Counted from the first letter of the whole stretch, positions 1-13,200 are shown. The stretch is DNA of 57,557 nt, filler included, from Sluysia triapertura (GCA_046118255.1; 4 parts of 4 records of this genome joined end to end with filler, not necessarily neighbours in it); one strand, 5' to 3'. Notes: generated from the letters alone by a model not told the origin. Program-made: numbers and translations.

Positions 1-329
1 ACCATAAGCGCTTTTGAGTACTTTCGCGGTAGATATGAGCGCCATATAAATTAATATATTATTATTATTATTATTAAATAAGTAGAACGAAGGATTAATT
101 TTTTTAATTTGAAATTACCAAAGAACAAGTAAGATAATTTTACAAACGAATGCAACCATTTTTAAATTAAAACATTAATTATTTAATAATATTAATTACC
201 TGTGCTTCAGTATGTTGGTAACAATAATACACATAAAATTTGATTGTTTATTTTATTTAAAGTTGATACATTTTAAATAAGTTTTATTGAAAAAAAATCT
301 GCATATAATTTTTAAGTAAAATGTTATTG

Positions 330-1400
330 TGAGATTATGAGATCTAAAATAATTTTTAGAAATTAAAGCTCAAAAAGGAAATCTTAACAGTATTTGTATT
401 TTCCGTAGCTTCAGAGAAAAGCGTAAAAATGCGAAAAAAATATCTCAAAAAGTGCATTTAAATAAAGGAAAACAAAGTAGAAGATGGATTAAATGGAAGC
501 ACTTAAAAACAGAAAACACAATTTTAATAAAATGGAAGTGATAAACTAATACGAATAACGCATAACCACTAAATTAATGAACTGGAAAAAATAAATTACA
601 ATATGGTCAAACCAATATTATAGAAGAAAATTAATTAATATTATCACGAAAATGCATGTATCAAAATTATTTACTTGTTTTCGATTGTGGAAAAAAATGG
701 GTCATATAATAAAATTAACTATAGATATATTAATACAGAATGAAATTCTAGAATTTATTGACCATAATGATATAAAATTGAGTTTCATATATATATTTGC
801 GGACTGAATGTTAACGTCGTTAAAACGTCCCAAAATGAATACTAGTTAACATAAGACAGATGTAATTAAATAAATTTTATGGCCAAAATTATAATATAGA
901 ATTAAATTTCTATACAGAAGAAATTGACAAAAATCCATACAATAAAAACGATTATCAAAACTACTATAAAACGAAATAGGCTATAACGAAATAGGCTATA
1001 GGAAGAAATTACAATTGGTCATAATAGAATATGAGTACATAAAAGGTTATTTTCTAAAGAAATATCCTACGAAGAATAAATTTCAAAATCTGATTGCGAG
1101 TTATGTATAGTAGGAAACAAGGAAAATTTAGTTATTTCTGAAAGAAAATTTTAATTCAATCATTATTTAATTATCAAATATCCCCAACTGTATTTGCGCA
1201 CCATCAAAGGAAGGTATACTTTCATTGAATTTTGAGTTATTCATATTAGGAAATTTAGATAGGAAGAAATATTGAATCCTAATTAAACAATATAGAAGGG
1301 AAAATTTAATTTAATTGAAATAGTTGTATAACTCAATTTGGCATTTATTTATTGGACATTATCAGAAGAGATGTTTAACTTAAATGATTAATGATTACTC
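330..1400 (+). mobile_element. Decayed non-LTR retrotransposon (L1/Tx1-like) ORF2 3' part
   Basis: A-rich coding-like strand. VHKRL...SKSDCELCIVGNKENL resembles the C-terminal CxxC...E..H zinc-finger region, followed by FELFILG. Many stops. Boundaries approximate. Confidence 0.45.
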
Positions 1401-1854
1401 TAATTATATTAAAGTAAATGTAATATTATCTAAGCAAAGTTTGTTTAAAATAAAATTTAATATAACATAAAATCGTATTTTGTAAATTTAATTTTAATTT
1501 TAATTTCTGAGTTGTCTAAATATTTTATGGATAATATATAAATCACAATTTATAATTTAATTTTTATTTCATTTGCTAGAATAACATTTTTATAATTTAG
1601 TTTGAAATTTGTATTTATTTATTAAAAATAAACCTTTTTTATTTCATTAATTAAAGAGGATTTGCCTCTGCATAACTAAAAAATAATTTAACAAATCTAG
1701 AGAAGACAGAATAATCTCGAATAAATTTAAACTTCCATTTTCCCAGGTAATTCTACTGGATTTTGATAATCTATAGCGTTATTGTCTTGTTGAGTGAGTT
1801 GACAACTATTGCTTGGTAATGAAAACTTTCAGTACTCATTTACTATAAATTACG

Positions 1855-2800
1855 TTGACGTTTATACCCTTCAAATACCCATTCGGATTTGGTATTGTCA
1901 ACCCATTTAACAAGTAACTTTTGATTTTTCTTCACCTTTAATTTATAGAATTGATTCAGTATGATAAATTATGGGTATTTCAAGTAAACTTGTAATTCTT
2001 ACTGATAAAATTTTCTTTATATTCATTTCACCACCGTCATATTTTAATGTATACGTTACAGGATTTTATCTTGCTCATTCAAACGCCTCATTCAAATTAT
2101 TAAATTTTTTTATGAATAGATTTCTTGATCTTTTTGATATTCTATATTTGGGTTTATTTTTTGTTTGTTTTTAATCATGTTTTTGCCGCATTTCCATAAA
2201 GTTAGTTGAATTAATATCTACAGGTTTATCCATCAATTCCTTACTGTTATTATAAGCATGAATTATATTAGGTAATAAATTAATCCGTCTTTTATTATCT
2301 TGTTATGCGAAATATTTTTTTAATCTGTCCCTTATAATACGATTAAATAATTCAGGTAATGCTGCCTTATACTGACTAAACATTGAACAATGAATAATTC
2401 CATGTATTTCTAGTACTTTTTAACATCTTCATTGTAAAACTCTACCTAAATCAGTTTGAAAATTTATAGGTTTGATGTTTTTAATAACGATATTTATTCA
2501 TCCATTCTTTGGTTTAAGTAGTACTGCTCTTGCAAATCTTGAAAACACATAAACACAACTTAAAATATATTTGTAATCATTATTAATTTTTGAATATAGG
2601 AATCATTTTCGTTAAATCAGATTGTCATAATTCATTTGGTTCTTCTGTATTATATTTGCGAGTTGGAAATCGTCGTTTCATTAGTTTGTTAAGTGAGTAC
2701 ACCAACTGATTTCTCAACCATTTTGTCGTCCATCCTTCGTTTTTTGCTAGTTTTTCTATTATTGGATTGAACAATATGATTTTATACTGAAATAATTCTA
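1855..2800 (-). mobile_element. Polinton/Maverick-type retroviral-like integrase (rve + chromodomain), decayed
   Basis: Across frameshifts: RRFPTRKY...NEL*QSDL, YSKINNDYKYILSCVYVFSRFARAVLLKPKNG, FQTDLGR/FYNEDVKK, KAALPELFNRIIRDRLKKYF, LLPNIIHAYNNS, and C-terminal KLLVKWVDNTKSEWV (chromodomain-like). Confidence 0.85.
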
Positions 2801-3774
2801 AACCCATACTTAGCATTAATATTTAAATATTTTGTTTTCCCAGTCCATCGACCAGGAAGTGATGCCACAATTGGTCGTATTCAGTGGCAAGATATGAAAT
2901 TTTTAACAAGAGAATCGTATGAACTAGTACTCTAACAATGTGTCACTGCGACTGACAAAACAAAATGGTTTATTTTATACAAAAAAACAATATTATATTA
3001 ATAAGGAATAAAACAAACAATACAATAGAATAAAATAAAAAAATTCCATTTGTAAAAAATAACTAAAAGTACTACTACTAGAAAATATTTACAACTTATG
3101 CCAGAAGCTGCCATATTATATTTCCTTCCTGCTTCAGTCTTGTAATCTTGTAGATTTATCCAGAGCCGAGCGATGATTTTTCAAAAAAGATTTAACGTTT
3201 CCCATTTAAGCAGATCGCTATAAAATCCGAAACGTGTTTAACAGTGAGAGAATATCTTTTCATTGTAACAATATTATTTATCGAACTAAAAGATCATTCA
3301 GCTTCAGCGCTGCTACTGCGATTGTTTCCATAATAACCTTGGCTTTTTTTTCACGGTGTTGGGAATTTCGATTTTGAATTTTCCAGTCAGTGCGTTTTCT
3401 ACTAAATCTCTAAAATCATTTATTTTAACTTCATTTTTCAAAATAAAATTCAAAGTTCTTATTCTATTTTCTCCTGTCCATGGACACGTAACTTCTTTCA
3501 TATTCCATACATTAAATATGTTTTTCAAGAACAAGGGGCTCGCAAATCATAGAATAATTTAACAAAGGGCTCGCGGGCCGCTTTGATTATTGATATTTAT
3601 ATGATCGGTATCCGTAAATATATTATTTAATTAATTAATTATAAGAAAAAGAGATTATAATTATAACACACAAAAGTTTAGAAAAAAGTTTATAAAAACC
3701 TAAGTATATGCTTTGGTGGCCAAATTATTCGACTAAAACATATGTTTTTCTTTGGTTTTCTTAATATTTGCTAC

Positions 3775-3822
3775 TCTGGAAACATTCCAGACGTGAATCC
3801 CATAGAAAATCTGTCAGAATGA
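3775..3822 (+). mobile_element. Tc1 (DD34E) transposase fragment
   Basis: Translates SGNIPDVNPIENLSE, matching the Tc1 motif SPDLNPIENLW. Confidence 0.6.
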
Positions 3823-3929
3823 GAGTTTCTACTTATGAACGGTACAAGTATGGCATCAGGAAATTAATGGATAACAAAGGATAACAGTTTGTATATATTT
3901 GATTTGTAGTAAATGGTGTTGTAACATTC

Positions 3930-4132
3930 TACATGAATAAAATTTCTGTATCTTTTGAATCTCAGTATTTTTATCTATTATTTTACTTTCACCAGAATTT
4001 TTTCGGAGAAAATAGTTATTTTCCAACATTTTACATTTCCGTGACAATGTATTCATACACTTTTGATTAATAGTTTCATAGTATCTATGAAAAATGTTTA
4101 ATTTTATCACAAAAAATTTTGGCAACCACTGT
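3930..4132 (+). repeat. Dispersed repeat, copy 1 (hAT-like terminus TTGGCAACCACTG)
   Basis: Near-identical blocks (cagtatttttatctattattttactttcaccagaatttttt; tgtattcatacacttttgattaatagtttcatagtatc) recur at 10130-10297. Confidence 0.8.
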
Positions 4133-6129
4133 AATAAAAAAAACGAACGTCAGCAAAGGTTATAAGCGACAAATAAATCAGAAAAATAATCAATCCATTA
4201 AAACAATAAGTTATTTAAATATAATAGCAAAGAAGAAAAGAAGAAAAAAGAAATATGCTATAAATTGTTTATACTAAATCATTTTTCTTAACTATAATGA
4301 TTCATTTAAATTATTTTATATTTTATAAATTTATTTCTACTGATTGCATTCTATATTTAGTTTTTTCTCGATTTCTTTTATTAAAAAGGAAACATAAATA
4401 ATGATAAAAATAAAATTAAAACTAAAAATGTTTATAAAATAAATAAATAAAGATTGTGTATTGTTTTTTTATTGATATATTACAAATATTTAGATAGTAT
4501 CTTTCTTCAGCATGGCCAAAAGAAATACTTTATAAATACTTTGATTGCTGAACAGCAAAAATGCAAAACATAAATACAGATTATAGTTTGGGTCGTTTCT
4601 TCTGACACTGAGGAATCTTCTTCATACCCAATAAAATAAAATATACAATAAATAACGATTAAGAAAGTAATAAACTATCCATATTTATATTTTATATATT
4701 TTCTGAAATGTTTCTTACAATATTTATTAAAAACATATTAAACACAAATCAAATCAAACATAAACAAATTACTCAATACATACAAAACAAAAACACAGTC
4801 GTAATAATTTGTAATTATTAAAATTTTGTAACTATTATCCTTTGCTTTGTTCTTTTTCTTGTACGTATGTTTATCTTATATATTGTTTCTCACATTTTAT
4901 CACTATTATTTTTTTCTTTTGCTACTTTTATTTACACATGTTTCACTCTATTGCTCTGTAAGTTAAATTTTAGTTTGATGTTTTTGAAAATTAAACCAAC
5001 AATTAATCTGATATTAATCTGATTCTAACGGCTTTAATATCTCATATTATAATACTTGTTTTAGCAATTTTACTTCATACAAAAGTTGAAGTTAATTGTA
5101 ATCATTTTTAATCTAAATTAAATCAAATCTTATAACAATTTTCTTTAATTATAGAATTTAAAATACAATAGCAAAAAAATTATTACAACGTTTTAATTAG
5201 ATCTCGAATTAATGATAGATTCGTTAAAAAATAAAAAATACATTATTTATCGATTGTATTATGATGTCAAAAATACACAACTCTGCTAGTTATTATTTGT
5301 AATGATAACGCACACAATTTACAATTTGACATCAAAGATAATTGCTGATTTATATACCAGTGCTGACCAATTATTCAGAATATACGTTTTATTAACATAT
5401 CGTCCTATTAACATATTGTTTACAAATGTATTTTGTTCAGTAGTTCACGTTATTTTATTGTTAAATATAAAATTCTTCGTTATTAATTTAATTGTACTTT
5501 TTGAATTAATTTTTACAATTTTTGTTAAATGCACTAAGCCTAAATTAAACGTTTCTAAGTTGTTTTATGAAATAATAAATGTTAATGTCAAAAAATAGTA
5601 AATCTTTATGTTGTTAAAAAAGTTGTAGATAAAATTTTTCATATAATTAAATTAATGAATTTTATAAAATCATCGACAGTAATAATAATAATAATACAAT
5701 AAGTTTTTAAAATGTTTACGTGAAAAAATCTTGAGTACGCAATCGCTACTTTCTGTAAAAAGTGAAAGTTTAGAATATAAAGAAGATAAAAATAACAAAG
5801 AAAAATTCATATAAATATTACGCAACAAAATTTTATTGCTTAAGTCAAAATTCCGAGTCAAATTATGTGTCAATCAGTAGAGCATAACACTTTTTTATAT
5901 GAAACTAATGGTCTAACAGGAATAGAAAATAAATTATTCGACAAATTACGAAAATTTTTTTCAACGGTTAGAAATACGTTTTAATTTATGTATTTACCAT
6001 GTATATTTTACTTTTGCCATTAAGTCTATACGTACCCATTTTTAAAAAAGGGGTTTTAATATATCAGAAGACAAAATATTTGGTAAAAACAATGGAATTA
6101 TTCAGGAAAAAATTTGGAAAAACGCATAA

Positions 6130-6900
6130 AATGAGTTCTTCAACTCTTAAAAGGTAGGTAAACTAATTATTCGTCACTTCTTAATTTAATTTAGAAGCAA
6201 CGAAATTGTCTTAGATGAAATCAGCAGAAAAGACTGTCAAGACTGAAGAAAATTCATCAGTCACAATCCACTTCGACAATAAAGGCCTCATAGGAACTAT
6301 GAGATCGTTGCTTCAATGAATCATGTCTTTGGAATTATTGTTATCTCTATACAAGATACAGTTGAACCAGTCAATTAGTCAGCAAACATCGAACAAGCGT
6401 TTGGAAGTCTCGAATAGAATGTTAACGAAGAAATTGATTTTACAATGCGCACCGGCAACTACAAGATTGATAAATAAACAGAACTGGCATGTTTGGAGGA
6501 TTAAGAACCCATATTATTCGATAATTAAGCCTTTTCATCCAAAAAGTAATTATTTGGTGCTCCTTATAGGCAAAAATGATCACTGGCCCATATTGATTAA
6601 TGAAAACGTCAACGCAAAGTATATTTGAAGATTCTACATGACCAAGTCATTCCACTCATCTCATTTGACGAAAATCTTCTCAATTTTTGATTCATGCAGG
6701 ATGGAGCTTGATCTTATAGAGTACAGAAGAGGAAAGAAGAGGGATACAAACTTGCCTGACATCAAACTCTGTCACGTCTTCTTATGGCTGTTCATCAAAA
6801 CATTAATTTGAACGAGTTGAAGCAACAGACTGAGCTAAAAATCAAGGAAATCTAGCCGGAAATTCTTGAAAGAAGGAACCATCAAGTCACATGAAGACCT
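6130..6900 (+). mobile_element. Tc1/mariner-superfamily transposase, rosa/DD41D-like, decayed
   Basis: YKIQLNQ, INKQNWHVWRIKNP...KPFHPK, ENVNAKY, F*FMQDGA, LPDIKLCHVFLW (compare VNKQN.R.W..ENP, WFQQDGA, SPDL.P.DFFLWG). Frameshifts and deletions present. Confidence 0.8.
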
Positions 6901-9279
6901 ATTCAAAAAAACACGTTAAGACGTTTTTATTGATAATTAATTGATCAATTTATTGATCAATAATGAAACTCCCATTGAATGATGTAATAATAATGTATTA
7001 TTCAGTTAAATATAATATAAATATAATATAAACAAAAATGAATTTCGATGGCTTTTTAATAAAATAATATGTATATATTATACTATATATGTATATTATA
7101 TAGTTCATAATGAAACACCTATGAACAACTATTATTCCAAAATGAGACATGTTTTGTATTATAAAACATTGATTTCCCAATTAGAAATTTATTGTAAATA
7201 TTCTAGAATTTTATTTCAAAAAACACTCAAGAAGATTCATGATTTTTAAGACCATTATACGCTGTCATTTATTTATTGATCATGTTCATAAGATAAAATC
7301 TGGTGCAGTTAAATCAAAAACAGGGGCAGAAAATTTATCCAGTACACCGGGAACAGCCCTAATTCATAGTTAGAGACTTGTTTGACAAAGAATTTTTAAA
7401 TTTCTTAAATTTATAAAATAATAATTTTCTAGTATTCAAAAAAAATTTCTTGCTTTAATTCAATGAACTTTAATGCTTATAATAATGTCAGTATGTAATA
7501 ATATGTAAATGTAAAAATGTAAGTGTAATTTAAAAAAAATAATTAAAAATTTTTTAAATAGGTGAATTGAAATTATTAATTATTATTATTATTGATATTA
7601 ATATTATTATTGTGGCTATTATTATTAAATTGAAATTATTGTTTATTTATTTATTATTATTAAAAACTAATTATTATTATTATTATTAAAAAACTATTTA
7701 AAAATATTTCGTATGTATTACTATTAAAAACAATTATTTCCTAAAGCCAATTATTTCTGTTACTATGTATTAAGATCACTGAATTAGTATAAATAAATAT
7801 TTGCAACAAAATTCACACCAGGAAATTTAACAAGAAAATTTTAAATATTTGTGTGGAGAATTTCTTAAAGATATCAGTCAAATTTTTGGAGAATTCTAAT
7901 TATAAAAGTTTTATGTGGTAATTATAAATCTCGAGAATGAGTTAATTGATTTGCCGAATTTAAATATATAATTTAAATTAATCATTAGTTAATTTGAATT
8001 GTTAATTTAAATTCAACAATTTATAAATCCAAACTGAATTTACGCAAATTTTCCTTTTGCTAACTTAACTTGAAATTGAATAAATATTATTATATAATAT
8101 TAATAAATTACTAATTTTTATTATTCTATTACACAATATTTTTATTGATAAACTTATTTGTGACAATTATATTTAAGTAATAACAATATATATCGATATT
8201 TTGTTAACTTAATTACATTTGTGTTATTAATTGTGTATCTTATTTTCTTTGAATATATTATTAGCAGAAAAATATTTAAAAAATTCTAAGCAATTCTAAG
8301 ACATTCTTTTCGTACACTATTAAATAATCATATAATTGAAAAAATTATTCAAGTGTTTACTAAAAAATTAAATAGAAAATATATTAAAAGATATATTGAC
8401 TAAATAATAAAACATTCTTAAATAAGTCCATTACAATATCCCTTCTTTATAGTGCAAATTAATCACTTATTTTGCCCCTAAACTTTTCAGACTCGTTTAT
8501 GTTTTGAGAATTTGATCGAACTTTAGATTCAAGTACATCAGGATAAGCAGCCAAAAATAGTCGATGTTCACATATTCAAAAAATAAGAATAAACATTTAT
8601 TTAAACTAAATAAACTTAATTATTATGAACGTTACATATACAGTCGTGGGATTACAAGTCAGATTATAATAATAAATGATTATATTAAATGCACAATAGA
8701 TTTTAATAAATAAAACTAGAAATTTAATTTAGTTATGATTTTATTAAATCAAACATAAATTGGCTAGAATTAAAATTACTTGGTTTACTTTTACAGTGTC
8801 TATGGGTAATAAGTTCCTCAATTCAATTTGATTATTGCAGATAATCGACTTCTGTAAATAAACAACTAAATTCGATTCTTATCGTCTCTGTCAGTTAGCT
8901 AAATGATATTTATGTCGATGTTTTTGTTTATAGTTTTTTATACTTGTTTTAGCCATAATATTACAATTATATACTGTAAATTTAATTCCACTCAATGATG
9001 TTGCACTTAAATTATTATCATATTTTAGTAATTTTAGTGAGGATGTTAATTTTCTTATAAAGTTAACTGAAAATTTGTGATTAAACATTAATGAAATTTT
9101 ATTTTTTAAAATAAATTTAAAAAGAACAATAATTTACTCTAAAAACACTAAACACTGAGAAAAATTTTAAACAAATAATTATTGAACAAACAAATGAATC
9201 TTTTATTAACGTAAAGCACAATGTGAAAAAATAATATAATATAATATAAAAAAGGTAATAATATAATATACAAATGCTT

Positions 9280-9932
9280 ATGTTAATTCTTTGAAATAAA
9301 CGTTCATAATTTGATGATGGTATATTTTCTAGTCTAGAGTTTCAATAGTGAAAGAATCAGTAGGATTATAAATATACTTCTTTTTTAATATGCCTTCATG
9401 TTCTATTCTAGCATCATCAGAACGATTAGAATGACTGCGGTGGACGATTAGAGGTTGTTGATGAAACATAATTTTATTTAAAAGCAGAGTTATCGATACT
9501 TTTATTTGCCAGGTAATAAATTATCATTTATTCGGGTTCGCTTTCAGTACAAATTTTAATGGGACTTTGTGTCTTTATTGTCTAGTTTTAATCACCAAGA
9601 ATATTTTATAATATAAAATTATCGTAATAATAGCTGGAATAAAAAATGAAACTAATGAAGAATAAATAATGAAATTAACATTATGAAAAGTACATTAATC
9701 GATTACATTTATGGATTTACAAATCACAGAATGAGTCATAAAATGAGTATTATTGTCATTAGTAAGAAAATGATACAGTTTAGTTTTATTAGTCCAATGA
9801 TGTCCATGATTGATGCCACCTACCATTGATAAAGCAGTAAGAAATGATATTATCCATGATAAAAATATCATTATGGGCACACGATTAGTATTATGACGAG
9901 AATAAGATAACGGTTGCGTGACAGCGAGAAAT
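9280..9932 (-). pseudogene. D2-like dopamine receptor (class A aminergic GPCR) exon, end of TM3 to TM5/ICL3, disabled
   Basis: Acceptor ttccag| splits the R of the DRY/F motif. Reads (R)FLAVTQPLSYSRHNTNRVPIMIFLSWIISFLTALSMVGGIN...VID*CTFHNVNFIIYSSLVSFFIPAIITIILYYKIFLVIKTRQ*R. It matches invertebrate D2R motifs AVTQP..Y..H and C.F.N..FI.YSS..SF.IP. In-frame TAA at 9695-9697 and 9575-9577, and TGA TAA at 9521-9526. The 3' boundary is approximate. Confidence 0.82.
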
Positions 9933-10129
9933 CTGGAATGAAACGAATTGCATTAGAGTAAAATGTGTATGAATTGTGTATCTGATTAATTCCAATATTA
10001 TGGTATTTTTGTTTGAGAAATTTCAGCGATTTAATGAGTTATAATTTTCAATCTTCGTCATTAATTGATTAATTTAATGAGTTAGTAATTTAAATATTTG
10101 CTTTAACAAATGTTGACTCGTAAAAAAAT

Positions 10130-10297
10130 GAATAAAATGTTTTGGATTTCAGTATTTTTATCTATTATTTTACTTTCACCAGAATTTTTTGGGAGAAAGT
10201 AATTATTTTACAACAATGTTCTTATGCACTTGTATTCATACACTTTTGATTAATAGTTTCATAGTATCCTTAAATAATGTTGAATTTTATCACAAAA
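10130..10297 (+). repeat. Dispersed repeat, copy 2 (homolog of 3930-4120)
   Basis: Direct sequence similarity to 3930-4120. Confidence 0.8.
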
Positions 10298-13200
10298 TGG
10301 CCTTTAGTCTAATAATTTGGACATTATTAGAATCCAGTACATGACGAGAGAAACCTGAACGAATTTCACTATTCATATTATTGTAATAATAACAATTTTT
10401 TATAAATTATTATAAATGTAATAATAAATGTTTTATACTTGCATCGAATTCCCGATACTACCAAACAACTTTTTAACAGTTGTTTGAACAACATCGATAA
10501 TTTGAGAGATTAAGAATGCGGAGCTGATACAAATTAAAATCAAATAAAAATCATAGTGGATAAACAATGTCGACATAAATTAATTATTTTCACATTAATT
10601 TCATGCATTTTACTAGTTGTCCAACCAGATTTATTTTAGCACTAATTGTACACTTCTCCCTGGTTGGATGACTAATCAGGTCGATGTGCCCAATTAAAAA
10701 TTTGTTTACACATGATTATTATAATAAACACAGTTTAAAAATTTTTCTCAGGTGGTACACAATAATTTTCATTTTATCAATCTTCAATATTTCAATAGAT
10801 CTCAAATTGTAAATTGATTTTAATTTACATTTAAATTCACAGTGAATTAAAAAATGAAACTTAACTATTATGATAACGAGTAATTCAAGCATTATGAAGA
10901 TGATAACGATTGTGTTAAGAATCATAAAGATAAAGGTCATATCAATTATTTCAAGCATTATGAATATAATAACAATTATGTCAATCACAGATAATTATGG
11001 ATTGTGTTTGAAAAATGGAGTTAATTGTCACTACGCTCACACGTCCCGTGAATCAGAAATTAACCAACTGCTCGAGAGTCTTAATTTGAGGACAGAGACG
11101 CCTATTGGCAAAAGGTCTACATCGAAATTTAATAAAGTAATTAATCCATTTAATAAATATAATATTAAAAATGTTTTAAATTTAGATGGTGAAACAAGAC
11201 ATAGAAACGTTGACACGTACGGAAGATATAGTTTAATATTAGTAAATCTTATAAATAGAAATTTATATAGGTGTTATGTTTTATATTCTAAACAAGAATT
11301 TAATAAATATTTCCAAGTTTTATTTGTAAATATTAATCAAATAGAATTTAATGTTTTATTTATTTATTAAAGAAATTCTGTAAAGATAAATTAACTAATC
11401 TTTCATATGTACATAAAAGACCACAAAATCTTAAATTATAATAATTAAAATCAAATCTCTCTCAACAAAATTGGTATGAGAGTTCACAAGAACTCTGATA
11501 CCTCAATACATTTCAAATCCCACACAACAAATCATGTGTTGTTTGATGTTTGAATTTTGAATCAAATATTAAATATATATTATAAAATATTAGTGTAATA
11601 CTCCGGCAATCTAACGCTATAAGATTTCAAAAAATATCAATAATGCATACATTTCTTATGGTTATAAAAACAAACGTCACTCCACATAAATTTATCAAAA
11701 TTGCAATTGGAACTACAAACACATACAATATCTCTTGATAAATTTGAGTTTGATTATTCATGTTTTTGAAAGTAGATCTTGATGAATCAATGAAGTAATA
11801 AAATATAAAAAGTGAAAAAGAATAAACACGCATACAGAAGTGCAAACATAATTACATACATAATTACATAAGACATACGTACTAACATAAGGAAGTAGAA
11901 AAGTAATTTTGGCAATAAAAATTACATTGATAAAAATGAAGTTTAAATTGGATTGTTACATAGTTTAATGTGATAATGCTGATATAGTTACGATGATATG
12001 AAATTATTATGGGAGTTATTATTGTATTAGAGGTTATTGTAACAATATAATAAATGATAATTATGTACAATGACTGTGCTTGTTTTTTGAATGACTTAAG
12101 TAGTTTATTTAGTTTTGCTTATGTAAGAAATGTTCATATTTGAAGTGTGTTTGTAATTTTGTTATGATGATGTGTAGTTCCCTAGACATATATTATACTA
12201 TAAATTATAATACTTAATATTAGTCTATTATCATAGAATAATCATCATTTTCAATTCTAGCCAAATTACCAAAATATTACATTATAAATTATTCTAATAT
12301 ACATTATTTTTTTAATCGTTTTAGTACATACAATTTTTAGATTAATATTTAATAATAAATCAAAATTATCAAAATATAAAAATTATTACAAATTATTAAA
12401 CTGTTATTACTTCTCATATTTATATTGTAAATTATTCTAATCATTTTAGGACATAAAATTTTTAGATTATTTCTCATCACACATAATTCATTTAATCATT
12501 TTAGTGTATACATTATTATTACTAATTAATTTGTTTCAATACACCTTAGGCATGTCATTATTTTTTATTTCGAACAAGGTTACACTAAGGAATAAAGGGA
12601 GATTAACTCCGTGATTAGTATTGAACATTATCTTAGGTAGATTTTGTTGACTAGTAATTCTATAAAAGCGAAATTAATGTAACGAATTAAAGTAGAAAAA
12701 CTCTAAAGAGTTAGACCCACAATTTCGAACGAACATAAATCATAAGCTATGTGGCTTTGTTAAAACAAGTAACCTACTATCATAAATGAAAAATTAATCA
12801 ATGAGTTCGCCTGTAAACCAAGTCTTACAAAATGGATTGTCAACAGGATTGTGCAATGAAATAAGCTTACAAGAGCCATTGAGATCAATAATTATAAGTG
12901 ATTTTGTATCGCAAGGATATGATATCAATTATAATTTTTTATCTTAAATGTATTGAGTGTTTCGTTTAATGATTGTTTGGTTGTTTCCGAGTTTCTTTTG
13001 TAAATGTTTTGAATTTTGAAGAAAAATGTGAATATTCATTATAAAATGTTTTATTCAAAAAGGTATGAGAATGAGTTTGGTAAGAATTTTAGGAAAATAT
13101 TTTATTGTTGTGCTGTTGAAATCGGTTTATATACGATTTAGATACGACTATTGATGTGTTGATGATTATTGATTGATTATATATTTACTAAATTATTTAT

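Noticed and set aside
970-999. Exact 15-bp tandem duplication AACGAAATAGGCTAT as a target-site duplication
   Set aside because: There is no insert between the copies; it is most simply slippage within a dead LINE.
9575-9697. Alternative nuclear genetic code (TAA read as sense) explaining the GPCR stops
   Set aside because: The four NAV exons contain no internal TAA/TAG, and the GPCR frame also shows TGA and apparent frameshifts; ordinary decay is sufficient.
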